Positions 11,319 to 45,731 of a DNA stretch of 64,000 nucleotides are shown piece after piece. Each line of letters starts with the position of its first letter. Positions within the stretch are counted from its first letter, which is position 1. The notes under the pieces are model-generated. The model saw only the letters and a program-made list of their open reading frames with translations, had not been told where the DNA came from and did no database searches. Source of the stretch: Balanoglossus misakiensis (lineage: Eukaryota > Animalia > Hemichordata). The stretch spans positions 8,658,390-8,722,389 of the forward strand of contig CM082580.2 in NCBI GenBank assembly GCA_040954595.2, written 5' to 3'. Made by a program: the position numbers and the translations under genes.

Positions 11319-12115
11319 CAAGTACATGTATGCACACACACGCAAGCATACAGACACACTATAAAACGAACACATGGGACACAGACCAGAGTTCATATTA
11401 TGTTCTGATTTCTCTTGTATTTCAGGAAAGATATTATTGTACATCAAGTGAAATGTAAAACTTTATACAAGTCTTGTTAGGACTCCTGCGCTTGTTATCT
11501 TGTCTAAAAGAAATGGAACAATAAATAAATACCAACATATACAGATCAACCGACCTTGTCTTGGACATTCCTCTCTGAAACCCCCTAAACAGAAAAACTA
11601 ATTTTCACAGAACCCCACTAAGAATTTTGTGCACATTATAATTAATCACCCATGATTGATGGTATGGTATCACTATCTTCAAAACAAATATGATTGATTT
11701 TATCGATATATTTTTATTTCAATTTGTACATCTGGATTGTAGTCCGGCAACAGAATGAAGAATTCCAAGCACACATTAAAAAATACTACTTTAAATTTAT
11801 ACTTTTGTCCAAGGTGTACAATACAGGGAAGTATTAAATAATAAAAGACTTCACCTGTTGGCTACCTGGACCACATAATCACCACTGAACTGATAGCGAG
11901 TACACTTTCTGTGTTTAATAGTTTATCAATATGCTGTCTTTTGGCAGGGTTGTGTTATTCATGTATTATACAGTTACACATCAAAGAAACTGGATTGAAC
12001 TGGTTTATAATACAACAGAAATATTTGATGACTGATTTCCTGACTTGTATCCTGTAGCTGCGTACAATTATTCCTATGTATAAATTCTATGTGAGACTCT
12101 TTCAAAAATAAAGGT

Positions 12116-12201
12116 CCCTTTCACCACCATGGTTTGGTCCAAATCCACTGTTTTCCATGGTAAGGTTGGACCTCTAACAGAGGAAACCGGGGGTGAAAGG
12201 G
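12116..12201. mobile_element. piggyBac-type mini-MITE family A, copy 2 (inverted relative to copy 1)
   Basis: CCCTTTCACCACCATGGTTTGGTCCAAATCCACTG...GGGGGTGAAAGGG-TTAA aligns along its length with the reverse complement of 10532-10616; left TTAA not preserved. Confidence 0.8.
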
Positions 12202-13222
12202 TTAAAACTGGTACACAAATACAGTATTCCGATTGATTAAAGCATATTGCAATCATTGGTATCACATTGTCTTTGGTAAATGTTCGACTTATCTAAAATG
12301 GCTGAAAATATAAATATTATGGAACATGGTCCATCCCATGGACAGACATAGCTTTCATAAAAAAGACATGTTATGATCCTGCTACAGAACAAATATTACA
12401 CAAAAACCCATTATGAGAAAACTGCGCTTGTCATACTTAATAAATATTCTTAGTTCTTGAAAGGAATATTGGGAGAAATGGATTGTTCTGTTTGCTGAGC
12501 AGTTTATGCAATGACTACGAGCGTAACGCGCGGGTGTACTCTTATATTGAAATTATTGGGATTGTCAAAAGAATTAATGTTGGAATTGTACTCATAATGT
12601 TGGCAATGGTCAACAAGAAAAAGCTCATGATTGGTACCTGGCATTGTCTCTTTCTTAAAAACAGCACACAAAAGAATCACTACTATGATCGTCATGGTAA
12701 CTAGAAATCGCCCCAATTCTGGCCAAATTTGATCCACGCTGCTTTATGTTCTCAGAAGGGAGACCCTGTGTCCTTTCTCACTAAAACCTTAAAACGGCAA
12801 TAGTTAGAAAAAGATTTCGGCCAAAAGCGTTATCCAATTCTCCCAACAACATTTTACACATAAACGAAAATAACACCAGGAAGATAACAAAAAAAATGTT
12901 GTTCCTCAGATTTCTTTTGGCAAGGGATCATAGGCAGTGACCAAAATTGTTCTGTTTTACTGACCACTGAAATTCCATTCCACTATTAAACAGAGCTTAA
13001 AAAGAGTGCTCAATTTGAAGGCAGACTGCAGACAGCCAGCGATGATAGATAGACAAGAAAATGAAATGTATTATAAATAAATTCAAAATCAGAAGTAGAA
13101 ACAACAATTCTGACGAACAACATTTTTTTTCTTCCTGGCCTAAACTCTATATTCTTAACTCAAGCATAATTATGGAAAACTACAGCTATCGAGATTGTTC
13201 ATTTTCGGTGTAATATTATTAA

Positions 13223-13293
13223 CCCTTTCTGGCCGGATATCCTATATATAGGAGAAATTTGGGTACGTTCCCAGAAAGCCAGGCTTGAAAGGG
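13223..13293. mobile_element. piggyBac-type mini-MITE, family B
   Basis: TTAA(13219-13222)-CCCTTTC ... GAAAGGG-TTAA(13294-13297); same termini as family A but unrelated interior. Confidence 0.7.
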
Positions 13294-14709
13294 TTAAATT
13301 GTGTTTTATACATAATTTGATTCTCTGCAATCATTGTCTATGCTAAAAGCACCTCAAATCTCGTGAATGGTAAATGTATTCGATCTAGAAGACAATTAAG
13401 CTTTCTATCTTGAAATAAAAAGCGGAACGTCTACAAAATATACAAGAGCACAAATATATTATTTACAAACAACACGCTTTTTTTAGGAAAATATGTACAG
13501 TCTGTGATAATGTATGACAAAAATCACTGGAAATGATGTATAAAAAAAAATCTATTTTGGTGAGAATTAGGTCAATAATTTTCAAGGATTTCATACATTT
13601 TGTGTCTTATGGGTTGTGATATTCCGAATTCAGTACAGCTAGTGCGGGCATATCAGCTGATAGAGATTGCCTGGCCTGTAGGGTATGAGACGTAAGGATC
13701 TGTGATGTACTGAACAGCAAGGTCAAGGTCAAACATGACAGTTTTTCTCAAATACCCTTGTCACGTTCCTTCTTCCTCTATCAAACTGGCCATCGTAAAA
13801 GGCCTGCGACACACATACACCACGCATAAATACAGACAGTCAGTCAGTCAAATACATTGACATGGACACAGATGAATACAATCTCAATCCCCAAAACACA
13901 GACATTCTTATAAATATATACATCTCTGCTTATTCCTCCCTCCCACCATCACCGTTCCGTTCGGATAAATCCCAAATGTCGTCTTCAATGAACATGGTTC
14001 AATCAACTAAACAGGAAAACAGGTATATGTTATGTACTGGATGATTCTGTCAGTTTTTTATTTAAATATTAAACTGCTCCCATTCCTACGAGTGGGGCAC
14101 ACGTACATCATGCCATGATTCAAATCCATCACAATGGGGTCAAGGGTCATAGGTCAAGGTATGTCATTAAAGATGTACTTTCACGAACATCTGCTGTATG
14201 TAAATGATTTTTCAAGGAACTGAATGTGCAATCTTATATTATTATTTTTTTTTGCATTTTCCAGAAGGTTCTGGTAAATTGCATTGAATGATAGACAGAT
14301 GAAGATACCCACTATAAGCAAAATTTGCGATGGAAACACCACACTTCAGTTTACGTATCTACCGGTGTTTCTGTCAGGTACTTTACAGGTACATGTACTG
14401 GTAAAGATTCGAAGACTTTGCAATTTGGCAAAAACAAATACTTGGCATCTGGGCCATAACATCAGCTGTTGGTTTACTAGAATGCTGTACAAGACACACC
14501 AAGTTTTTTTTACAATGATTGCACTTTAAAGTTCAGAAAAGAAATCTGCTGGTCGTAAATTGGTCAGCACGACTCTTAAAAATACCCACATATTTTTCTT
14601 TTTCTGTCACCTATGTACAAGATATAAATAGTTTGAAAAAATACATAGGAAAAAAGTGGTAACAATATTGATTTTCTTAAAAAATATAAACTACATAGTA
14701 CAGTCAAAT

Positions 14710-36300
<21,591 letters not shown>

Positions 36301-39300
36301 CTGCAAATATACACAGGAGGAGGGAAAAAGTGAGGAATTTTAGCAACATCATCACTGCCTCGCACAAGAGAGAAGTTTTTAGTAAAATCTGGAGCTTACA
36401 ATCTCTGTAGACGGCAGGTCTATTTGCATAAAGTCTGCATTTTTATTGGCCCCCAAAAGACTTTCACGTAGCTGTTCTAGCTGCATACTTTCTACTCATT
36501 GGCTGCGGAATGGCTGGTCTATTTGCATAATGTGTAGTTTACACCTGCATCAAGACTAAACTGTAGATGAAGCTGTACAGGCTACTGAAATTCACGCACA
36601 GCTGGATTTAGAGACTTTGTGAAGCAGGCACTGAATTTATTCCAGAGAAAAAGACCCGAACTTAGTTTCTCATTTTTTCTCAAAGGTTGAAAAGGTTAAG
36701 AGCTATGCCAACCTACATGTAATAACACAAAAAAACCCTGAGGCACATCATCCACATATCCCCTCCATACACCTGACTGCCCAAAGTGGAAAGCTAGCCA
36801 ACCTACAGATCCTTGCCGACAAAGTTTTCGCCTAATCCTCCTCGGCTTACTGCCAATCGAAAGTGATCAGTTTTCAGATCCTCCAGGGGAAAACAGAAGT
36901 GCATGCAGCTACTCCGATCACCCAAGTGTGCCCTTCTACGCTATTTTCAACGTAACGTGTTTTTTTATTCAAATCCAATCGGGACACATCCCTCGCCCGG
37001 CCTAAAAACAAAGATGGCGCTGACTCCACAGACAACCACCGTTTCCAAGTCCAATTATAACACTTCGATGCTTTGGTATTAATGCAGTCTTATTTTCGAC
37101 TGTGGGGTTAGAAACTTGCATGATTGAATTACAAAATTTGTTCAATGCATGTAACGTTACTGTCAAACGCCCAAAGTTGTTGAGAATTCACCCTGCCTGT
37201 CTTCAGAAGTAAAAACATACAAATTAAAGCATGAACAGCAGTTTCCCTGTGAGTCTCCATTTTGAGCGTCTCGGAAAGGCTCATTTTCACCTAGTTTAAA
37301 GAGAGATAATAAAAGGAGGCATGCTGGTTTTCTCAATGCCAAGCTCGTGAAAATGACATTTCAAAAAACTGATCATATACTTAACAGTTTCCTGAGAGGT
37401 GACACTAAACAAAAAAGTGGCCATCAACGACAGATGGGGCAATTTTTTTTTTATAAAGGCCGTCATTTTACGATGATTCTCCCAAGTCTTTCATCCGAGA
37501 GATGTGAGCTCGTCTTTCTTTCATCTGAACATGAACAGATTAGTGAATTGAAGGTCTTTGATGTAAACATTCTATGAGCATATCACAAGAATGCCTCCCA
37601 CTGCTATACATACCTGGCTTAATACTGATCACGTTTCAAATAATTTCACAAATACACCCCGAACAAAAGAGTTCAAAGACGGCAAACAGTGTCACGGCCA
37701 GCTCACGCAGAACACCTCCATGAATAAAGGGCTAACTAACTGTCTTTTTTATATTTTCTGATTTCCTACGGACGGCTATTCACAGCCGGGGTAAAAAGAC
37801 TTCTCTGCTCACACACACTCGTGAGAATTTTACCTTTGAAACGCAATCAATATACCGCTTTCAAGGAAACTTCAGAAATGCCTTTTTTATTTATCCTATT
37901 TTATTTTGAAGACTATCATTTGCACAATATGCAAAGTATTTCCAAATCAACACTGCACCTAAGCAACAACCTCGTCTGCCCAGTTCCTAGGCAACCAGTG
38001 TCATTGGTGCCCGACCATCGGTGCACGTGTGGCGAGGCAAAAATCATTCCCTCGTCCCCTTCTTTAATTAAATGCTCCGCAGAGGGATTTGGATCTGCTG
38101 CCTCGTCAATTCTCAGACCAGGTGCGTCTCGTTTCAAAATCCAACCCCCCTTTTAATAACATGAATCAATGAAACTGCAGACTTATGAAGACAGTACACT
38201 TCTGAAGCGGCGCATTAGCAGATTACTGTTCGTATCAGGCACTTCTTTGCGTCCGAAAGTTAATTTCCAATCGCAGCCTTATTATCAATTTACAGCCAGG
38301 CATAAACTCAATCGCCATAAAAACAAACGCTGTGCATTAACAGCTCCCTGGTTTCCGATTAATCACTGCTTGTAAAGGGAGGTGTTGAAAGTTATTTTCA
38401 AACTTGATAATCTCCACAGTCTAAAATACAAAGTCTGTGAAAAACAGGGAGGGGGGGGGGTCAGGACTAACAATGGGACTGCAAGGTATGACAATTAATT
38501 TATTTTTTTAGTAAGAGAAATTATATATGACAAAAATAGCGGAAAACATAAAAACAAAATGACATGACATTATATAATAGCCGTTTTCTGAAGTACAACC
38601 ATTTCAGAAATCGGTACATCTGGTTGTCAAGATAAATTTTTTACTCCAACATGTAATATCATCTTCATGACATTTTCCGCGAAATCATAAACTTTTACCA
38701 GGGAAATCTGATATTAATTTTCTTTCATTTTCAAACTCCTAACATGACCGGATGCAATGAGTGCAAATTATATGAAAGGTTCTGGGCAATCAGAATCGGT
38801 GAATCTCGTAATTTTATTGTTTCTTTAAAAAGGAAGCAGCGTATTCATTTCATGCCAAATGAAACAAAGTGAGACACACTATCCCATAATACGTCCATGC
38901 TGCTAGATCTAATTTCACGTTTGTTTCAAATTCCTAATTTTTTGTAATTTTTTTTCATGAAACCATATAATTTACTGGAAAGGCTATATCCTGTACTGTG
39001 TATACACATAGTTTGCTTTCATACCAAAATATAATCACACATTTTCACCATTTTACATCCCACTGCATGTTAAAAAGGTTGCTATGGTAAGAAAGTTCTA
39101 CGACACAACCCGCTGAAGGTTATCAAGATAGAGCACACTTTGTTTCTATTGTCACACATGCAAACCCCCGAGATCACTTGAAAACCATTCGCTTTTTTTA
39201 ATATACATTGATACCGCCACTTGTTAAAGTTATTACATCCAAAAAGAACAAAAAAATCTCTCAGTGAATTCCTTTCCTGTTTACTCTGAAAGGCCATTCC

Positions 39301-39379
39301 CAATCTATTCCCACTGCGCAATTAATTCCTTGTAAAATTCTCCTTCCAGATGACGATTGAGGATTCTGAGGAAGTACCT

Positions 39380-39421
39380 GATGATGATGATGATGATGAT
39401 GATGGTGAGATGATGATGATG
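39380..39421. repeat. (GAT)n microsatellite
   Basis: Run of GAT units with one interruption; produces the poly-D/poly-M stretch in ORF 39350..39622. Confidence 0.9.
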
Positions 39422-42400
39422 TTGTACGTTCAATCCATCAAGTTTATTACCGCAGTAACTACACATGCATCATTATTTGTAGCGCTCACTCAAGGCAACG
39501 GACGCAATTTGATTGGGCGGATTATTTCAAATCGCCTTGATATGCTTTTTAAAGATTTCAATAAAAAAAAAGGCAGCTACATCTTATACTCAGACTCATA
39601 TCATATACTCACAGATAATTGATGAAAGTGTGTTAAACCACAAATATTAAAATACATGTACATGTACGCAAGATTTTCTGCTCTCTCAAGCAAGTTGAAC
39701 TGTCAATGCCCGCAAGGTAATATTTTGAAAAATCTAATTTTATCACAATTTCAATGAATCTGACTTGCATCTTCCCCAGGGATGTGTAAGCATCTTCAAA
39801 GCTATCAGACAAGCGGCTTTTGGAAGAAAAAAATTCAGATAAAATTGTGAAAATTGCTGAGATTTTCTTCTAGATAAATGACAAAAATTGCCTTGGAAAA
39901 TAGACTCATTCTAGTATTAAAGTTTATCTGAATTTGAACAAATTTGACTCGGGTTATCAGCCGAGAATTGCACTGTCATTTTCAAATCTGTCTGACAAGT
40001 AGCTTCTGACAAGATTATCTTGACCCACAATGATGGAACCTACAACGTTGGTAATTTCATCTCCATCTGAACTCCCCCCCGAGGACTTCTGTATACTTGA
40101 ACAAAACATCTAAGTCGTATGAGCAGTGCCTACATCTCGGTTATTACTTTACCATCTGCCCTGAGAGAAAGGCTTCCTTCAGAATGAGAATCAATGAAAA
40201 ATACATGTACACAAATACATCTGTTAAGGATGTACGATCAGTAATATTGAAAGTATCGTCATTGCTTTAAATTGTGGATTTTTTTTATTCAATTTGACGT
40301 ATGAGACCTGATCCACGTCCCAATTCCTTCCACCTGCTGGAAAATATGGAAAATATGAAATTACAAATTAAATATTTCACTTAGGACATCGACTATTTCA
40401 CAGACTGTATCTTTCAAAAATATCAGAATATATCAACCTGAAAAAGTGGAATTTTCAGACTTTGCTGGCGAGATAACCAGCACCCATAACTAATTGCATT
40501 CAGCCCAGTTTAAAAGCATTTCTGACGATTTACTTATCGGGGAAAGGAAAATGCCGGCCCATAATTCACGTCCGATGAAAATCAGAGCACAGACAAGAGG
40601 AGAGGAACTCAGATGGTTTTATCTCAAACAATTTTATCAGCCAGACTCACTGCTAATGGCCCTGGGAGCTGTCATTAGAGAGGCTGCGATGCCCGCCAGC
40701 TCAGCTGAGGCGGAGTACGAGGGAACGACTGTACTGCAACCACCGCAGACAAAGAGCTCCGAGCAGAAATGAAAACATCACTGCTAATAGATACTGAAGG
40801 AGCCAATACAATAACAAGTGAAGTGGAAATACCAATTTTTCAAGTTCCTGGAGAAAGGAAAGTTTCATTAAGGGACAAAAATAGAATTAACACGTTGGCG
40901 ATTGGTGTGTGCGGGAGTTTTTAATTCAATCCACACGTAGAAAAAAAAATTTAAACCAACACAATCACAAAGACTCCATTTGCTCGTAACATCTGATACT
41001 ACATCTACCGTCCCACTTGTTACTGGCCATTACTGAATTCACATCTCTGATTCCGATCTTCAAGAGGTGATAGTTTTACACAGAGAAAAAACGTACACTG
41101 TACATTATCAACCAAAGTGTTTTCTTGTGAAAGTCTTCCATTCGTTTAGACGAGGGGCGTGGATGCACTCCTGCCTACAAGAAAGAATTTCTGTGACTGG
41201 ATTTAATAGCGGCGCATGCTTCAATATAAAGAGAGAACTGGTGAAAGGGAAGAATGGATCCATGGCAATATTCGACGGTCGAGATGAGCTATTTCTGGAC
41301 ACCAGCTTCTTTTGAATATCTGCACTCTATAAACTCTTCAATGCACATGTATTAAAGCTTCATTGCCTGTAATTTTGGACTATTATATTTTTTTTGCGTG
41401 TATCCACTGGTTTCGTGTTTGAATTTTCTGTGAGCAACAATTATCTTGTACGTGGTTTGCTTCTCAACACCGTCTATATGTGTACAGTAACCGGTATTAT
41501 GGAAAACTGAACCGGGCATCTTTTGGTCACCTGGGAGTATAACTCATCCATACCATCAAATGCATGTCTTAGTGCAGTTGCAGACATGGAGGTTCAGATA
41601 CTCTAATTACACTGACTACATAAATTGCGGTGAATGTGGTACAGACACAGAAAAATATTTGTCGTAATACAATGGTGTGCACTGCTCAGTATTAAATTTA
41701 AACACAATAAATATGACCAAATATTGAATTGAGCAAGCCAAACTGAAACCAGTTCAGAACAATTTTCTCAACTGCAAATGAGGTTTATTCGACTGTAGAC
41801 ATTTCACTCAGTATTACTTATAACCTGGGTATGGATGGATGGATGGTGGCAAATTTGAACACTTCATATTACTCGAATACAAAAAAAAGTCTCCTGCACA
41901 TTTCCGTCAACCAGTGTCAACACGACAAATGCACTCAGTGGCATTTCAATTTTCTTGTTACCTTGAAACACTAAGTCGGATCCCACAGATTGTCTTGACA
42001 AGTTCTCCATGCTAATCAGAAGCAATCAGTCACTGGAACCAAGGAGACAACTGATCAAGGATTTTAATTTTCTGCCCGACTGCTTGTGGAAATGTTGCAT
42101 GCATTGGAGGGTGATATTCGTTATATTATTATGCGCTTTGTCAAACGCCCGAGTGAAATTATGGCAGCTTAATTCACCGTGGGGACTTTTTTTCTTCTGT
42201 TCACTCAATTACCCACGACAAATAAATCCCCAGTTCTTCTGGAACATGGAAACTGAGTTTAAACAAACAAACAAGAACACGTGCTGATGTCTCCATGGGA
42301 CTTTTAAACTTTGGCTGTCATCAGATGTTTTTACCGATAAAAGTTACTTGGTAGAGGCATTATCCAATGGATGTGAGCACACGAGTCTTAGATATTTTTT

Positions 42401-45400
42401 ATCAACACAAAAACCGACCAGCGCTGGTTTATTCAATATTTCAGCAGGATTAAAACCAACCATTTTTCGATATCAGACAACATTATACACGTTGATTGCT
42501 TTGGACTTTCAAGATCTACTGAAACCTTTAAAATAAAAAAAACATACTACTTATGCCCTGGCTGAAAAAAAACTTCAATTATCCTGATCCATTCTGATTT
42601 ATCATGTACATTAGATAAATTGAGCGAGTATGATGGGCTTCAATGATACCATCTTCCTAATGCTGAATTTGTAATTATGCTAATATCTAACCTTTTTTCT
42701 GCAATTGGCAACCTCTGGCAATAGTATAGAATTTCTTGGGACTAATGGTGGATATTATTACTAAATGCACGCAGTCATTGGTCTGATAAGAAGATGGCTT
42801 GGTTGAGCATATGTTAGCCTTCGATCATTTTATACTGGTTTAATAGTCAGAATTTTGACAGCAGTACTATGCAATTGTAAATTTTTCCTAAATTTACCTC
42901 GTTAGCTGAAAATATTGTCTTGCTTGGCAACATCTACAGGCAAAAACAACAAATCAAACAGCGAAGATGTCTGGAAACTGATTTATTATGTGCTGAGCTT
43001 TATAGATCGTATCAGCACCTACCGATAACGGTTTCACTGAAGGTGACATACAGTGCAAGGAGAAAACTTGAACGAGGTCACAGTCACCTGGGAACCAGTG
43101 TGCAATTTAGTGTTACAGTCGTAAAAGCTAATTAACACAATGATGCATACATTTCTAATGTGAATGCTTAGCTTGGCCACCGGCTGTGGTTTTAGATGTG
43201 TGATCGTGCGTGTGCGAGATGACATCCATGAGGGAAATTTGAAAATTAAACCACCGCGGCCTGGACTAGCATATAATCTGCACCAATCTTTCATGGAAAC
43301 TTGACGCAAACAAGCAGGACACCTGCAATCTCTAATGATGTCTCATGAATATTAATATACAGCAGGATTCGTGTCCACTGGACCAGTCCATGGGATTTCG
43401 CAGAAAGCACAGATTATGCGAATGTGAGCTTTCGCAGAAATAGAGACCTCACAGCTGGGCCAACCTTGGAAAGCTAATCAACATATCATTTTGAAACATA
43501 TAATCTTGAACATCTCTTTATGTGAATTCAAAGCCAGCAAACATGCAGAGATAAGATTCTAGACGTAGTTTAAATTGATCATTAACAGAGATACTTAATT
43601 TCATTACAGAAAGAAAATGGTGCTGTTTGATCTCCCAAGTAATGCACTGCAGCCCTCTTTTGAGATTCTCCCACTGCGGATGATTCGCGTTAATTTGCGT
43701 CGATCTGTTGGGGTGCAGAAGTCCATTTCAAGTGGTGTAACTCGTGGCGCCATGTGGGCAGGATAGTCTCTTCTAATTAGGCAAGGATTGGGGGCGGGTT
43801 CTTTGGAGTGTATACACATCAAGGTACTTCAAAATGCTTCCAGAGACATTTCTGCAAGAAATTCTTCATTTGAAAGTCAAGTGTCATCAGTTTTATGACA
43901 GGGTTATATCATTACAAGATATATTCTATTTTATTCATCACAACAAACCTGCTGAATAAGATGATGGACATTGGGCATGTTCAGACGTTTAGATCAGACT
44001 GAACTAGTCCTTTGATGCAGTCAAAATAGTTTCAAAACGGCCGTTACATTCTGCATTTTATCAGTCCTGCCCAGACTGTCTACTACTGGTACTTTGAATG
44101 GATGCTGAAAATTCAACAGATTACACTTTATTGAAACAGTTTGTAAAGAACCTATACATGTACCACAATGACAGTTAAATTGTCTTAAATTCTGTCAGCT
44201 ACTTGAAAATATCAGGGCTGACACTTCTGTGGGGATCAACGGATCTCTGAGGTACGACTGCAATGTACTCTTTATCTACAGTCGCTAAAAAGGCAGACTG
44301 CATTTGTTTTTTGATTGAGATGTGAATACTCAATTTGATACGTGTGTGAGCATTAGCACAATGTTATCACACAAGAGTGTGGATCTGAAGGGGGTTGGGG
44401 GCCTTTCAGACCGTAATCTTCTCCCCAATAGTTGGGTCTTTTGTGCAGAGGCAACGATACCGATACTGAAAGCACTGCAGACGTCACTGAATACACACTG
44501 ATCGGGTCACATGACATTCAAAGAGCCGCATTGCAAAGACTTACTCATTTCAAAAGGATCCTTACATCTTTTTCTCCTCTCTGCGTAACTAGATTTTTTT
44601 CTCTCTCTCTCACTCATTCGCCCTCTCAATAGCGCTCTGACAGCAGAAAGAAAAACATGCTGACTGAACGACGTATCTTTTCAACAATTCATAATGAGGG
44701 CATTCACACATTTATGCACATAATTTCCCCGTGGCCATCTCCATAATGCTATCCTCGATTGGCCATTATGGGTATGAACTTTCTTTTTAAAACTGCGATA
44801 TGATATTGATAGAAAGGTTGGGGCAGCATATTGTGGAATAGTAATTATGGGCAGGTATATTGGCCATTTATATGACAAGGTGGCAGACAGGATGGTACTG
44901 AAATTCATGGAATTGAGCTTCTGTAATTTGCATCAAGAAAGAATTGGGCTCTTTCCCATTTTAATGCTGGTCATCTTTCAGTGTCTGTTATGTATGGAAC
45001 CACTGGTGGAATTTTTCAGAGTATTATAAACATTTGAGTAAAGAAGTGACTATAGGAATTTGAACAGTACTTTTAGTTGCCATATTCATAAAACGTGCAC
45101 CTTCTAAATGAATCAGTGACAAATAAGTTACCCTCTTGCAAGAGCTAGTACATTACTAATACTGGTGATGAAACTGTGACTCTGAACTAACACTTTCAGT
45201 TGGCATCATTCGGACAGCGTTCACTTCTGAAAAACTGACAAATGAAGTGTGTTAAAGGCACCCTCTTGGTTCATTACCGTTGAAGAAACATTAACACCAA
45301 CAACAGACCAATAGCGAAAGAATCACACTGGGACTCAGGTTACAATTTCCTTGTTGAATGTCGATCTCCATCAACAATCTCTCTTGAAGACTGACCAGAG

Positions 45401-45675
45401 GTCACAAATGATACGTGCTTTGTTGTGTACAACACAGCGGAATAACAAGCGCCCGGGCACTGTGCTCTACATGTATATAACATGATATACATGTCAGCTT
45501 TTCATATTCTTAATTGACACAGTTCTTGAAAGGTGAGCTCTCATACATGTATATGAAGAAAAGGCACGTTCACAGAGACCTACAAACAAGCAACGTCATT
45601 CATTAATATCGCAGCAACATCATTCACGAAATATTCAACCAAGATATGTAAACTGTGGTGTATGATCTACCATGC

Positions 45676-45731
45676 AACTTTACCATAGAAAACAATGGGT
45701 TTGGACCAAACTACTGTGGTGAAAGGGTCAA
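45676..45731. mobile_element. Truncated copy 3 of mini-MITE family A
   Basis: TTTACCATAGAAAACAATGGGTTTGGACCAAACTACTGTGGTGAAAGGGTCAA matches the right half of copy 1 (TTTACCATACAAAACAATGGATTTGGACTGAACCATGGTAGTGAAAGGGTTAA). Confidence 0.7.

Noticed and set aside
39350-39622. ORF with poly-Asp/poly-Met
   Set aside because: Artefact of a (GAT)n microsatellite.
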